DNA of 63,783 nucleotides, filler included, from Choristocarpus tenellus KU-1152 (taxonomy: Eukaryota > Protista > Phaeophyceae): assembly GCA_964200185.2 (NCBI GenBank). It is 14 parts of 14 records of this genome, joined end to end, with 100 filler letters (N's around TTAATTAATTAA, not from the genome) between each part and the next. Parts side by side here need not be neighbours in the genome. Positions count along the whole stretch, not along the records: positions 35,828 to 40,612 come from CAXNAD020013069.1; positions 40,713 to 46,473 come from CAXNAD020009818.1; positions 46,574 to 50,621 come from CAXNAD020016492.1; positions 50,722 to 53,735 come from CAXNAD020022930.1; 10 more parts are not named here. One strand, given 5' to 3'. Of the stretch, positions 38,801 through 50,784 are shown in pieces (the first letter of the stretch is position 1; every line of letters starts with the position of its first letter). The notes under the pieces were generated by a model. It was not told the origin of the DNA and did not search any database. It saw only the letters and a program-made list of their open reading frames with translations. A program made the position numbers and the translations under genes.

Positions 38801-40278
38801 GTCTTCTTATTTCCTGTGCTGTTGAGTCTCTCTCTCCGTATTTTTTTTGATCGGACAGATCCATTGATGCAAAGTACACCAGGTAGCCTGGCGCAAAACA
38901 TCGCAAGGAAGAAGGGGGGCTCTCGACCCTGCTCTACAAACAATTTAGTAGGCCCCTGTTACCATGAATGAATACATCATGGAGAAGACCAGTGAGATGG
39001 CAGATGGTTGTAGGTAGTTGTCAGTGTTGAGAGATGGGACGAATGGTTGATGAGTAGAGGGGTTGGGAAATGGTGATGGACCATATTAACGACTGTAAAC
39101 AAGGCAGAGATGGAGATGAAGGGCTTAGTGGAGTTCCATATTCTGCCGGTCAATTTCAACAGGACCCTCAAATAGTAATCAAGGAGTTCTACACAAGGAA
39201 GATCCATCGAAGATCCATCCATTCTTGCTGTTCATTCTCTTGTTCCCATATTCTCAATTCCTTTATCTCCCATCCTACAAGCCTCTCTACCTCCAACAGT
39301 CCCCCATATATCATGAAGTCCTCCCCACTTCACCCCTTCCTACCTAACCTTTCCCCTCTCTAGGCAGGCATTCCACCTACCTGTGGGGTGAAGTGGGAGT
39401 CATCAAAAACCAGGTCCCCCAGTAGGTGGTCATCCACATCTGATTTCAACACGTCACGCAGGCCGTCTCCCGCCTCGTAATCCCTTCCCGTCCAGAGGTA
39501 TAGCACAGTCTCTATCTGCACCTGGGACAATGGGTGTATAGGATGTGTGATGCCAAAAAGGGGGATTCAGCAGTAGGGTAGAGGAATGGCGGTATGAACA
39601 AAGAGGTTTGGATGACGTGGAGCATATGAGTGAGGGGTTGAAAGGAATAACCTCATCTCAGGCTTCATGGTTTGCAAGAAGATAGCAGGAATGGGTCAAG
39701 CACAGGAAATTATTTGACCCTAGTAGACAGACATGATCAATCCATCCAGCATCAAGCACACGATGAGTATGTTTATGTTTTTGCATTGCATGGGTCAATT
39801 CTCCACCAGCTTAGGCTTCCCCCCTCCTCGTCACTCCATCCTACAACACATAGCTAGTAGACTAAAATATTATAATTTTCAATGGTTATGTATCCATATT
39901 GGTCAGGATAGATGTCCCTTACCCAATAATCCCCAATCAAAATCAGCAAAGCACTGGTTGTGGTCTCCTTACCTCTAATCATTAAAAAAGTAACGGTGGG
40001 GAAGGTTATGTGTACATGTTTGTGTGCCTGTTAAACTCCTGTTGCGAGTTGAAAATGGCATCATAGAAATAATCCTACCCGCAACTAAATATCCCCTCAC
40101 ACGAATGACATTACCGACAAAACATCGTGCACTACTGAGGCATTGCAGGCAAAAGACAAACTACGGATAGATATCCATAAACAAGCACAAAAACATATCA
40201 GTGCAATCTTCTCACCTCACTATGTACTGAGGGTGCCCCCCCGTCTGAAGAAGTGTTTTCATCGATCACTAAACGGGC
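35828..40278 (-). CDS. Villin/gelsolin-repeat actin-binding protein, partial; exons 40216-40278, 39381-39521, 38582-38955, 38021-38381, 37242-37541, 36783-36950, 35828-36190
   Basis: All joins are GT-AG and phase-consistent. Gelsolin-repeat motifs: VLYLWTGR, FVEQGREPPFFLAMF, MYLWHG..EEFWK, FSQDDLMQ|DYCFLLDTGSDAVYAWHG, VESGSEPADFLSCFSNW. Confidence 0.9.
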
Positions 40279-40588
40279 CTAAAAAAAAGAATCATGCAAA
40301 GGGAAGGAGAAGGGTAAATTAACAAGTCACTTGCTGTAATGTCTTGGCATCTTCATCACGGAGAGTCTGTGGCTAAATATTTGTACACACAGAAGGCAGA
40401 ACACTCAATATAAATTTATCTCCTGTCAATCCCCCCCCCCAACATACGTAATTTGTCATCTTCCTTAGACACCAAAGCAGAGCACTATATTGAACACACA
40501 GAGTTGACTACAAAATTCTTCGATAATTGTAACACGTCACCCACACGCTCCTCCGATTTGTCAAGGTCCATGCCAAATATTGACATAC

Positions 40589-40612
40589 GACCCAAAGTAT
40601 CTGGGAGGGGGG
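40589..40612. mobile_element. MITE family B TIR at contig end
   Basis: GACCCAAAGTATCTGGGAGGGGG. Confidence 0.75.
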
Positions 40613-43242
40613 NNNNNNNNNNNNNNNNNNNNNNNNNNNNNNNNNNNNNNNNNNNNTTAATTAATTAANNNNNNNNNNNNNNNNNNNNNNNNNNNNNNNN
40701 NNNNNNNNNNNNCCTTCGGGCGGCCACCCTGGTTCTCCCTTCGCCCATCGTGACCAGGCTTCCCCACAGACTTCGTCACCGTACCACCTGGTGATGGACT
40801 TGCCGCTCACTTCCTGCTTCCCGAGGTGGCAAAGATTGCAGAGCAGTGCTCCGACGTGGTTGAAGATCTAACCACTTTTGTGTGATATTACTTTCAATGC
40901 ATCTTCTCTCAGTGTCAATGTCACGGCCCCATGATCCATTTTGCGAGTTGATTATGTTGCTGCACCACACTACTCGCACTTTCTGGTCACCTAACATCGT
41001 ACTGAGTGTCACACGGTACTTTCTTGTCCGTCGCCTCTCGACAGAGAAGGTGCTGAGGGTAGATCCAGGGGGCAGAGTGGCCTCGGCGGCTCTCCTTGTC
41101 TCACCGTCATGGTTCATGTTGCTGTGTAAGCCACGCGTGTGTGTACTCACAGAAAGTCTGCAAAGGCGTTAAAAAGATGTCCAGAAATCTTGGGGGGGGT
41201 TTTCGGTGTCACCACACCGGCCAAACTTGGGCAGTGACCTACCCCGGACCAGTTTTTTGCAAGGAGTTCAGCCAACCACCTCATTATTGTCCGCTTTGAA
41301 GTCGTGACCTTCAAAATTGCGCCGGAGATGTTCCACCGTGTTTTTTGCATTGTTTGATTAGGACATAGCTTCTGTTCCACGAGGCCTGGACATTCGTTGA
41401 TGCAAACCTTCAAAAGCTCTTGTCATACCCTATCATTTGATATATATATATTGTTGTATAAATCTAGAGGCGATATGAAAAAATTCAAGACTGCCACAAA
41501 GGGCAAAGCTACTGGGACCACATTAGAAATTACCGAACCAACAGGTACGTATCAAAACATGTTTTTAAGGTGATTTTGTTAAGTTGTTAATGGTAACATT
41601 CATGTTTTATGTCGCCATTCTTCATTATGTCACTAGCGAAGCTCTCACAAGCTATTGCCGCCGTATGGTGCATTGGAAATATCAGAATCCTGGGGCTCAA
41701 CAGGTCTACTTTTCGTTTGCAGGGGAGTCTTAGCGCCTATAAGACTAGCCATCTGCATTAGGGTTGTCCGATCGGGTTGAGAATATTCTCAGCATCATAA
41801 GATACAATGAAGCAATAGATCCTTCTGTGTGGTAGATGGGAACTGTGTACAGCACACCACGATCTCAAATTGGCACAGCCCAAGGTCGTTCACGAGATAC
41901 AAGTGGTCCCGCACAGAGGTATCACAATTGGGGTTCCGAAGGCTTTGCAGCAAGCTGGATCATGTGGAAGTGAAACCTTGGAAAGGACAAGGGTAATGAG
42001 CAAAGGGGAAGAAGGCCACTTCTCTATTTCTATGGTTGACTCTTCTTGTGTCCCTCTTTTCCATTTCTTTTCTTTTTGTGTGGCAATGTGATGAGTGATG
42101 TTTTTTTCGGAATGGATAAACCTCATATGAAACAAGTTTTCAGGAGTTAGTACACTATACCTGGATTCTGTTCATTGCCCTTCTACAAAGATACCGTTCA
42201 GTGATAAACTGATACTTTCTCATCTCATTTCCTTTTATTTTTCTTTCTATTTCACTAGCTTATTTTTTCTCATCTCATAATTTCTTGTGGGCGTCCTAGT
42301 GCTAGAGTTGATATGATGATGGTTAGTCGCATGAATTTCGGAAATTTGAATCTCAATGCCAGATTTCTTTCAAGGAAATCTGTTTTCAATTTGCTATTCC
42401 ATGTAGGACGGAGAAGGGATTGCATACCTGTACTATGCACCCTGTGTTATGTGACTATATCACGAAAACGCAGGGCCAAGATAGAGATGATCAAAACTTT
42501 GTGATGGGTCGAGCACAAGGTTCGAGGGAGGAGACAGGGTGACGACCATGGGATTGATGAATTCAACTCGCGACAAGAAAAGGCAGGAACAGAAGCAGCA
42601 ATCACCGACCAATAATCAGTCGTGATCCAGCAGTTAGTGGTTAGTGGGAGAGTATGAGAAGTAGTGTAGTGCGAGTTAGTAGTTCCTCTGATTACGGACA
42701 GGGATAATCTACCTACAATAATATAGCGCAAAATTAAAATGAACTTAACTATACTAGCGAATAGATTAATGATTTTAACATTTACGACAACTGTTACTTT
42801 TCTAGGGTTTATTATGACATGTGAAATAGGTTTTGTTGATTTTTCTCCTAGCATATCATTAAAATGTCAAAGATAATATAATAATATAAGAATAACTTAC
42901 AAACTTGTAATATTAATACTATTTTTATGCTATCACTTTTTTTATGATTATCATTTGGTCTTGTATAAGAGTGACCACAAACAATCAGGTCATCATCATC
43001 AGAAGAGCATCAGGGAGTGGGACAACACTTGAGCGGTCTTTTATGGGGCATGCTCTACTATGCTGATGATGCGGACATTGTCTCTAAGATCCGAGGCTTG
43101 ACCAAGATGATGAAGGTGATGGAGAAGGTGGGCAGGTCATTCGGTCTGACTGCATCTGTCTTATTAGCGGTTTCATAAACATCACTATGACCGTTAAGTC
43201 TTAGATTTGTATATCTGCACTTCTTGACTATTTATCTATTAT

Positions 43243-43539
43243 TTAGATATCATGAGACCACAATCTTAGAACAACTGGTCGTCCAGTCCATTTTATATCC
43301 CAAATGATAACCATAAAGTGAATAATCGAAGTGAGAGATACAGCATATTCTACGAAATTTACATTGAGCCTTCTACTAGCTTCATTGTCCTCATACACCC
43401 CCTTGTGGATTGAAGCTACACATCCCATCATGGTAAGCTTGCGGAGTGTTTTGTAACACATCCGCATTAAAGATCGAGACCGAACGTCCTTGTCCTTGTC
43501 CTCATAATCAGGATGCCAAAACCATGCAGATCCAGGCAC
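43243..43539 (-). mobile_element. Copia RNase H-like fragment lodged in the LINE
   Basis: LRKL..GCV..VYEDNEASRRL.VN resembles the copia RNase H (Y/F)EDN motif. Confidence 0.5.
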
Positions 43540-43668
43540 TGGACTAGACCAACAAGTACACTGAAGATTTTGTTTACGTTAAGGGAATCATCCTTGATGA
43601 TACCACAATTATTACTACTGGAATCAGCTGGAGGTTTCAGAAAGGATGGAGCTGTTTTTGCAAATACA

Positions 43669-44205
43669 GAGCCAAAGTAAACGAGGGGTACCTAGGTTTG
43701 GTCGTTTTGCATCTCAAAGTCTATCTTTCATTTTTTTTTTCATTTAGTGAAAGTAACTTAGAGGGTAGAGCCGCGTCCATTTGGGGGCCAAAATCCAATG
43801 TTGCAATTTGGATGTAATTTGGCTATCATGTTTGTTAGGAAGTGTCAATATCCTTGTTCCGGACACACTTTTTCATAACATATACATTTTACCTACTCCG
43901 AAACATTTTGGAGTAGGTGAAATGTCATTAAAAACCCATGGAAGCCAAGTCCCAAATTGACAAACAGGGAAAAACTCATACCCCTCTAAGATACTTTGAC
44001 TCAATTCTCTCATATTTCTATGGATGAAGTTCCAAGTTTTGAATTGAGAGCGTTTATTTCTCTATTCTCTATTCTCTATTGTTTGAAACGTTTCCAACAC
44101 AATTCAAAAAATATCCTGTACATAGTTGTAAAAAAACTCGAACTTTGCACATATTTCTCATCGTCCTTAAAATTCAACTCTGGTACCTCCCGTTTACTTT
44201 GACTC
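43669..44205. mobile_element. MITE family C carrying a nested family-A copy
   Basis: GAGCCAAAGTAAACGAGGGGTACC...GGTACCTCCCGTTTACTTTGACTC; flanks aca/aca. Confidence 0.9.
43745..44002. mobile_element. MITE family A nested in family C
   Basis: TIRs present; TSD CATT/AATT. Confidence 0.92.
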
Positions 44206-44599
44206 ACAGTCAAGTGGTTTACGACAGAACCTCAGGTGCCTTACTTTGACCTTCAGGTCCGAATGGTCAAGGTTGTGAAGTACTTGAAGCTCTGTAATAT
44301 GGTCGTATGATGGCAGTGACATTCATGTAGATTCACTTTCTGAAACAAGCACCCCACCACCTCAAACTCCTCGTCTGCTGCAAAGCAGCTCCTGATGTCA
44401 GGATCTAAGTTAGGAGGGGATCTGTCTCCTGAACAGGAACCTGTTTCGACTCCTTTCGATGCAGTTGGTCTATCTCTCGAATGATACAGAGGAACACGGG
44501 AGGGCAACTTCTATGCTAGCACTAGCCCACCACCAGAGGCAGTGTGGACATGGGGCCAATGCATGAACTTCCACACAACCTCTGGAACCAGCATACCGG

Positions 44600-45260
44600 A
44601 TTCCTCTTATAGAGTTTAGACTTCCTGCTAGCAGATCTCTGCGAAGTAGGAGGCCCTATCCAACAGGTGCCCTATAGCTGGGTGGAAGAGGCACAATTTG
44701 GACACCACACATGCCTGCTCCTGCCCTAGGGCAGGGGGATAAGTGCGCCAACACATGCCAATGGTGAAGGCCAACTCTGGAGGGGAATGGACATCCCTTG
44801 CACTGTGGAAGATCGTAGCCCGTTCACAGTTGACTGGAATTTTGTACGAATGTGGTCTTCCATGCAGGGGCACTCTCAGACGTTGGTTCAGCTCCCTACC
44901 AAGACAAAGGCCTCCTTCTGGATGTTGCTTCTGCAGAGGTTCAAGAAGTTTGTCATCTGTCCCACTCATCCACCAGCAATGGTGCAGCTGGTACTACAGC
45001 TGAGGGGTGAAAGCGTGCACCCACTACAAGGGATTTTTTATCCCAAGTAGTTTTCACCTCAACTCCTTAGTGGTGGAAAGTATTGGGTGCCTTGGAAAGC
45101 AAGTAGATATTTTCTTGGATGAGTTAGCCCCCCACACAGCAGGGTTGGGAAAGATGGGAGGATACGGTAGGAAAGGGACTCTCTGGTCCTGTTCGAGACA
45201 GATGGTGTCTGTCACTGCATAATGACTATCTCAACACACGCTGTGTGTTTCAAGATAGAG
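44600..45260 (+). mobile_element. C-terminal restriction-like endonuclease region of an RLE-clade (CRE/R2-type) non-LTR retrotransposon, pseudogene
   Basis: HACSCPRAGG*VRQH (CCHC + RH motif) and K..HYKG..FHLNSLVVESIGCLG..FLDELA (K..Y and E..G.LG motifs); frameshifted. Confidence 0.65.
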
Positions 45261-45402
45261 ACACCAGGCGCATGGGCAAGAAGGGGTCTGTCAGATTCTT
45301 GGGATGCTTCCCTGGCTCCTCACCCACCTACGTAAGGGTAAGCTAAGATAGAAGAATAGCAGTGTGCACATCACATTGTAGCTACGAATCTTGAAGGTAG
45401 GA

Positions 45403-45661
45403 GAGTAAAAGTATCTTAGAGGATACGAGGTATTCCCTGGTTGTCCATTTGAGGCTGACTTCCCACGGGTTTTTAGTGACATTTTACCTATTCCGAAACA
45501 GTTTCGGAGTAGGTAAAATGTATACGTTATGAAAAGGTGTGTCCGGAACAAGGATATTGACATCTCCTAACAAACATGATAGTCAAAATTACAACAAAAT
45601 TGCAACATTGGATTTTGGTCGCCAAATGGACGCGGCTGTACCCTCTAAGATACTTTGGCTC
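45403..45661. mobile_element. MITE family A
   Basis: TIRs present; perfect TSD AGGA; near-perfect central palindrome at 45481-45519. Confidence 0.95.
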
Positions 45662-46134
45662 AGGATTATAGTATTGCTAGACTTCAAATCATATTTCTTT
45701 TTAGAGAATACCTATTTGTATTAAAAATTGTTATTTTTACAGCAGTCCTTGTTGTGATAGTGTATTGTTTTTTTCCCCTTACATGTCGGCAAAATGTCAG
45801 AGGACATAATAATATGCAATGCTGTTGTACTTCTACTAGGTTCTAGAAGAGTAACACGAAAACGGATGCAAAGCAAAAACTCTTCTAATACTAATTCGTT
45901 TTTGTTAACAATATCAAAGAAGTTCTCCATGACAGGATGTAGGAGTCTCGCTTGAGCTTAAGATTTGAATAGCCAGAGCTGAAGTACTTGAAGTTATGGT
46001 TATATGATGATGCCATTATCTGAAGGTCTGTATCACATCATAATCGTTCCTCTTCCTCTACATAGGTTTCCGCAAACAGCAAGGCACCGATCATGTCCTT
46101 ATCCTCCAAAAATGCTCTTGTTGTGAAGATTGGA

Positions 46135-46473
46135 TAACAGTCTCTCAGCAAAATTGAGGATGGAGCATACTATGAAGGATGGGTTTGACCCAAAATGGTG
46201 CGCGGAAAGTGTCCATATGTTTTTTTTTGTAAATGTTCCGGCACTTTTTAAGGGCCTCGCCCCTTCTTGGATGGGATATATTTTTGGTCAAAAATATTTC
46301 GGTGCTTGTGGAGGGCACCGCTACGATTTGGAAGCAACCTCGACCAAACCAAAGGTATAAGGACAGATGGGGAGAGCTGGTAACGGTTTTGGTATGCTTA
46401 TATGTATGGTACACTACATACTGTATTATACAATACATACATACATACGTCTTCTTCCACTAGTTATAAATAT
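46135..46473. mobile_element. Repeat family E, copy 2
   Basis: TAACAGTCTCTCAGCAAAATTGAGGATGGAGCA..., inverse homologue of 20385-20732. Confidence 0.75.
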
Positions 46474-46573
46474 NNNNNNNNNNNNNNNNNNNNNNNNNNN
46501 NNNNNNNNNNNNNNNNNTTAATTAATTAANNNNNNNNNNNNNNNNNNNNNNNNNNNNNNNNNNNNNNNNNNNN

Positions 46574-46618
46574 ATCTCCTGGTGTAGACCCCTCCCCCCC
46601 TTTCAGATACTTTGTGTC
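46574..46618. mobile_element. MITE family B end at contig start
   Basis: CCTGGTGTAGACCCC..CAGATACTTTGTGTC. Confidence 0.78.
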
Positions 46619-46739
46619 CCATGACAAAACAGTTACTATAATAACCAAGGTATTAGGTACTTCTTACGTTCGGGATTGAATGTAAGAAAACTTTTTCAAC
46701 CTCCATTCTCGCACGGGAACGACCCACCGGATAAACCCT

Positions 46740-48760
46740 CTGTACGAGGCTTAGTTCTCATATGGATTGCGTTGTAGTCAGAAACCGTATTGTTCCTCAA
46801 GAAGGATGTTCTCCGTTCCAGGTTATCCCCCAGCTACCATGCAACAACTTTGAGGAGGACTTTACCAGTATATGCTCCTAATGAGATGACCCTTTTAATT
46901 GCAACAAACGGTGCATTCCTTCTTGTGGAGCATGGTGATGACTGCATCTTTCCGGACCTGTCGCATGGTTTCCAGATTCCATGCAGCACAAAAACAGCCT
47001 CATAGAAAACCTGGAGGACAGTGATGTTCCTCCTCTAGGCCAAAATTTTGGAGCTCGACTGGAAGATTGTTGGAACCCATAAAGCGTTCCCATCTTCCAT
47101 TGCCTGGAGTGCTACAGCCACCTCCATCATCGTTGGAGGAGTAGTGAGGGCTATTGATGACTCAAAGTGTCTAGGGGGGGGAAGTGACGGCAGTCCATTT
47201 GAGGTCAATTTTTCCATGTCGCGATTTTTGTGTAATTGGGTTGCATACGTTGGATGGATAATGTAAGTGCAATTTTCCTGGTTTTGACCCAAATGGACGC
47301 TCTGGTGTAGACCGTCCACTGCCCCCCAGATACTTTGGGTCTGATTCAGGTAGTTGAGTGAGGGCGTCAGCATTATGAGGGTTGAGATCAACTAAGTTAC
47401 TATTAAGGAGCCCTGTGAAATATCTCCTTCAAAGTTCCATGCTGGATGCTTGCTCCTTGAGTAGCCGTCCAGACTCGTCACAGATGTGCCGAGAGGGGCA
47501 CTCTCTCTGGTTCCCTGGACAACGAGGTCTTTCACATGTTTAAAGAAACCTCCTCAGTCCCCACGGTTAAAAATATCTTGAGTCTTCCTGGCGTAGGTAC
47601 CAAGAAACATCTGCAAGGTAGACACCTGTTTGATCTGTTTGCCAGTCCTTCTTCAACGCCACCTTAATAGCGGCATTCGGGGGTCTGTGCACAGTTGTTT
47701 CCATTCTTTTCCCATTCCTCCTAGGCTTCCAGGAAGTTTGCTTGAGCTTGGTTACTTGCACACCAGCCTCTAGGCAGTACCCTCTGTGAAGGGGGTGGGA
47801 AGACTTCTGAGGCAGCATCCAACGAATGCTGTTTATGAAGATACCAGATTGTCGACATTGGCAGGTATGTCACCTGTCTGTATCTTTAGGTGGCACTTCC
47901 TTTGCTGCTGCGAACCTCAAGAGTGGTGTAGACATCAGGGTTTGTCGGTAGATGCATGTACATCCCTTGCCATCCGGTTGCATCTTTCCATTGGGAGCAA
48001 AACGGTCACATGGACCAATTGCGATAAGATAAAGTCATCGATTCCGTTGTCAAAAACAAGTGCACTCTTCTGTTCCGAATGAGGTGGTAAGGACGTAATC
48101 AAGACGAATATACCTCATTTCCCATAGATGAGCCAAGTACATATGGGACCCTTTCCTGTTGGGTACAATGGAGAATGTGATGACAAGTGCAAGTCTGTTC
48201 ATTGCTGCAAACATGAACGGGCACTCACCATTGATGTTCACCACATCTCATCCAAATGCGCCAAGAATCCTTGCTGTCGTGATCTCCTCTCCCTCACCTC
48301 TCTTTCCAGCGCAAGCGTTCACATCCATCAGAATATATATATATCATCCATATGGGGAGTCTGTTGCACCATAGAGTGTATATTCTCTCAGAAAACACTC
48401 TAGGATGGTTTTAAGGCCTCTTCTATTGAGGCATATTCCACAGCAAAGATGATCCCAGTGAATTCATCAATTGGACCTTCATCATCCGTTCATCAAGGTA
48501 CTCCACATAGATGTCCTGATTTAGCATTGATTCCTTCACTGACAAACCCACTCTATGGCCGCTCTTTGATCTTCTTCCCCAATGAAGAAAACCCTGTGCT
48601 TGAATAGAGATAGCTCAGGGCAAGAAAGTATCCTCTTCTTATCTCTTGGAGTCCAATCACATCGCATCCAAAAGCCCAGGTCCATCGCGTCAAGACCACC
48701 GCAAAGTTTACATCATTCCAAGTGAGCCCTACAGTCAGCTCTCTGCTCCAGGATTTCTGG
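46740..48760 (-). mobile_element. Degenerate LINE ORF2 (APE endonuclease to start of RT; RTE-like by inference)
   Basis: LTVG.TWN..GCDVIGLQEIRR; IRLDYVLT; PPTMMEVAVALQAMEDGNA; ISLGAYTGKVLLKVVA; many stops and frameshifts. Confidence 0.85.
47159..47341. mobile_element. MITE family B, complete, in LINE
   Basis: GACTCAAAGTGTCTAGGGG...CCCCAGATACTTTGGGTC; perfect TSD TGAT. Confidence 0.93.
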
Positions 48761-50784
48761 TTGCTCACAGTAGACTGTGCACATGGTGCACAACGGTCCC
48801 TTTTCCTCTCTCGATAATCTTATACTCTCTTTCTTTCTTTTTCTCCATACCTAAAGACTACCCAGGTACGTCGTGCCTTACTTGACAAGTTAAGGGATCA
48901 CGAAACACATGACACATCAGCAATGTCTACTTCCTTCTCATCACCTAATCCAGCGGACAATTGCGTGATGACTTCCGGTTAGGAAACTACGCCACCCATG
49001 CTGTCCATGTTGCATGGTTAGGGAGAGGGCCTTTGTCATACAAAGTCATGACTAACTGTTAGGCTATTAAAATTGCACAGCCTATAGCCCTGCCTTGCTT
49101 CTCACGTATTGGGTTCAGCAGTCTATCGAGGGTTCAACCACAGTAACTGATCCATGATGGCTTGTAAGGACTCCACCCCACGTTGGGGCTTACAGCTCTG
49201 TTATTTTTTTCAGGAGTGAGCATAGGTCGTACCAAGGACCACATATGCATCAAACACCAATAAATGCAAATGCCTCAGCTATGTTATGAAAACCCTCCAT
49301 GCTGTGTCTATAAGTCCGATTGTTCTTCATTACATCTCCTCCCTTGAATCTTCTGGTACACGTCCCGAAGGTTTCCTCCTTGATCTTAGTCTATCGCTTT
49401 TGTGGTGTGGCCAAAGACAGACAAGACAAATACAGGTAAGGTACAGGACAGGTGCACAACATATTTCCGTCAACGCATTATACTTTGGTTTTGAATCAGA
49501 GAAGGGTGTTCAGTTTACATAGATGTAGGAACGTACCTCTGTCTGTACATTGTTCTTCCAGTTACAACTACTCTTTTCTATGTACAATTTTCAATTATTT
49601 GAGACTTGTAAAAGGAAGGTTAAAAAATGAAGATAAAAAAATTCCCATGACATCTTCCCAATGAAATCGAATATTCTATTTCCATGATTTGCTTTACTCA
49701 CGACTTCTGGATAAAATAGTTTGGATAGTCCTAGCCTTATATCAACTCCACTCCCCTCAACTGACGTCACACCCCTCATTCCATACCACATCACCATCAA
49801 ACATCTCTTGGTTTCCACACCAACTATGCGACACTTTCCCATTGTGATATCCACATAAAAACTAGTGCGACCAAGTTCCGCCACTGCCGTTCAGTCATGA
49901 ATCAGGGCCGCATATTTCTGCCACTGGTATCCAGTGACTAACCAAGGCTTTAAGGTTTGCCACTGGTTTCCAATCACCTAACAATCCAACATCAACCAGT
50001 TCGGCTAATTTCCAGAAATGGGATCCCATGATACAGGCGCCCCTCAATGCTCACCTTCCAGGATGTACAACTCAAATCCAACGGCCTTGAAACGACGCTA
50101 TGGGAGCGTTGCCTTTTACAACGGTTTGTAGGGTGTCAGATAGCCCTTTCTCTTGATACTCCACTCAGTGCTCAGCTCAAAGCTTGACTCAATGCTTCAT
50201 TCAAAAGATAAAAGGCCTGGGGCATAAGCGAGGTAAAAAGTGTGTTACCACTAAGAAGCTCTCTTATTATTTTCATCATCCACCCAATTTCGTTGTTCTT
50301 CTATCAACTACTCTCTAGGTACTCCAACCATAAGCCTTTATTCTTCAACTTCTTAGTGACTTTGACATTTTCCTCTCAATATTACGTAGGTATTCCGAAT
50401 CTTACTCTGCATCTTCTCAAAATAACCATTTATCCAGTAAGGCTACCTGTGTGTTACTAATATCGTATATAGTTCGTACTTGTTAGAACGCGAGAAACAA
50501 TCTTCACACTATACGTCTGTCACAAAAGTTCATATATCCTGAAGTGTGGAAAGCATGTTTCTCCGTTATTATACCGTTATTGCCGTATGCCATATACCGT
50601 TATACCGTGGTAGCAAGTGAGNNNNNNNNNNNNNNNNNNNNNNNNNNNNNNNNNNNNNNNNNNNNTTAATTAATTAANNNNNNNNNNNNNNNNNNNNNNN
50701 NNNNNNNNNNNNNNNNNNNNNCCTGTGTCCTCTGCACCCCTCCCCCACGCATGAACATGCTAAAACACATTACGGATTTTTAAG

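Larger units (their letters stand above)
43035..44320 (+). mobile_element. LINE reverse-transcriptase remnant, interrupted by three insertions
   Basis: WGMLY/YADDADIVS..GLTKMMKVM..FGLT; EDFVYV..; ..WSCFCKY|SQVVYDR reads through once MITE C is removed. Confidence 0.8.

Noticed and set aside
29829-40612. Apparent cluster of actin-related genes (PhLP2 next to villin-like)
   Set aside because: The genes are on different contigs joined by an artificial spacer, so linkage is unsupported.
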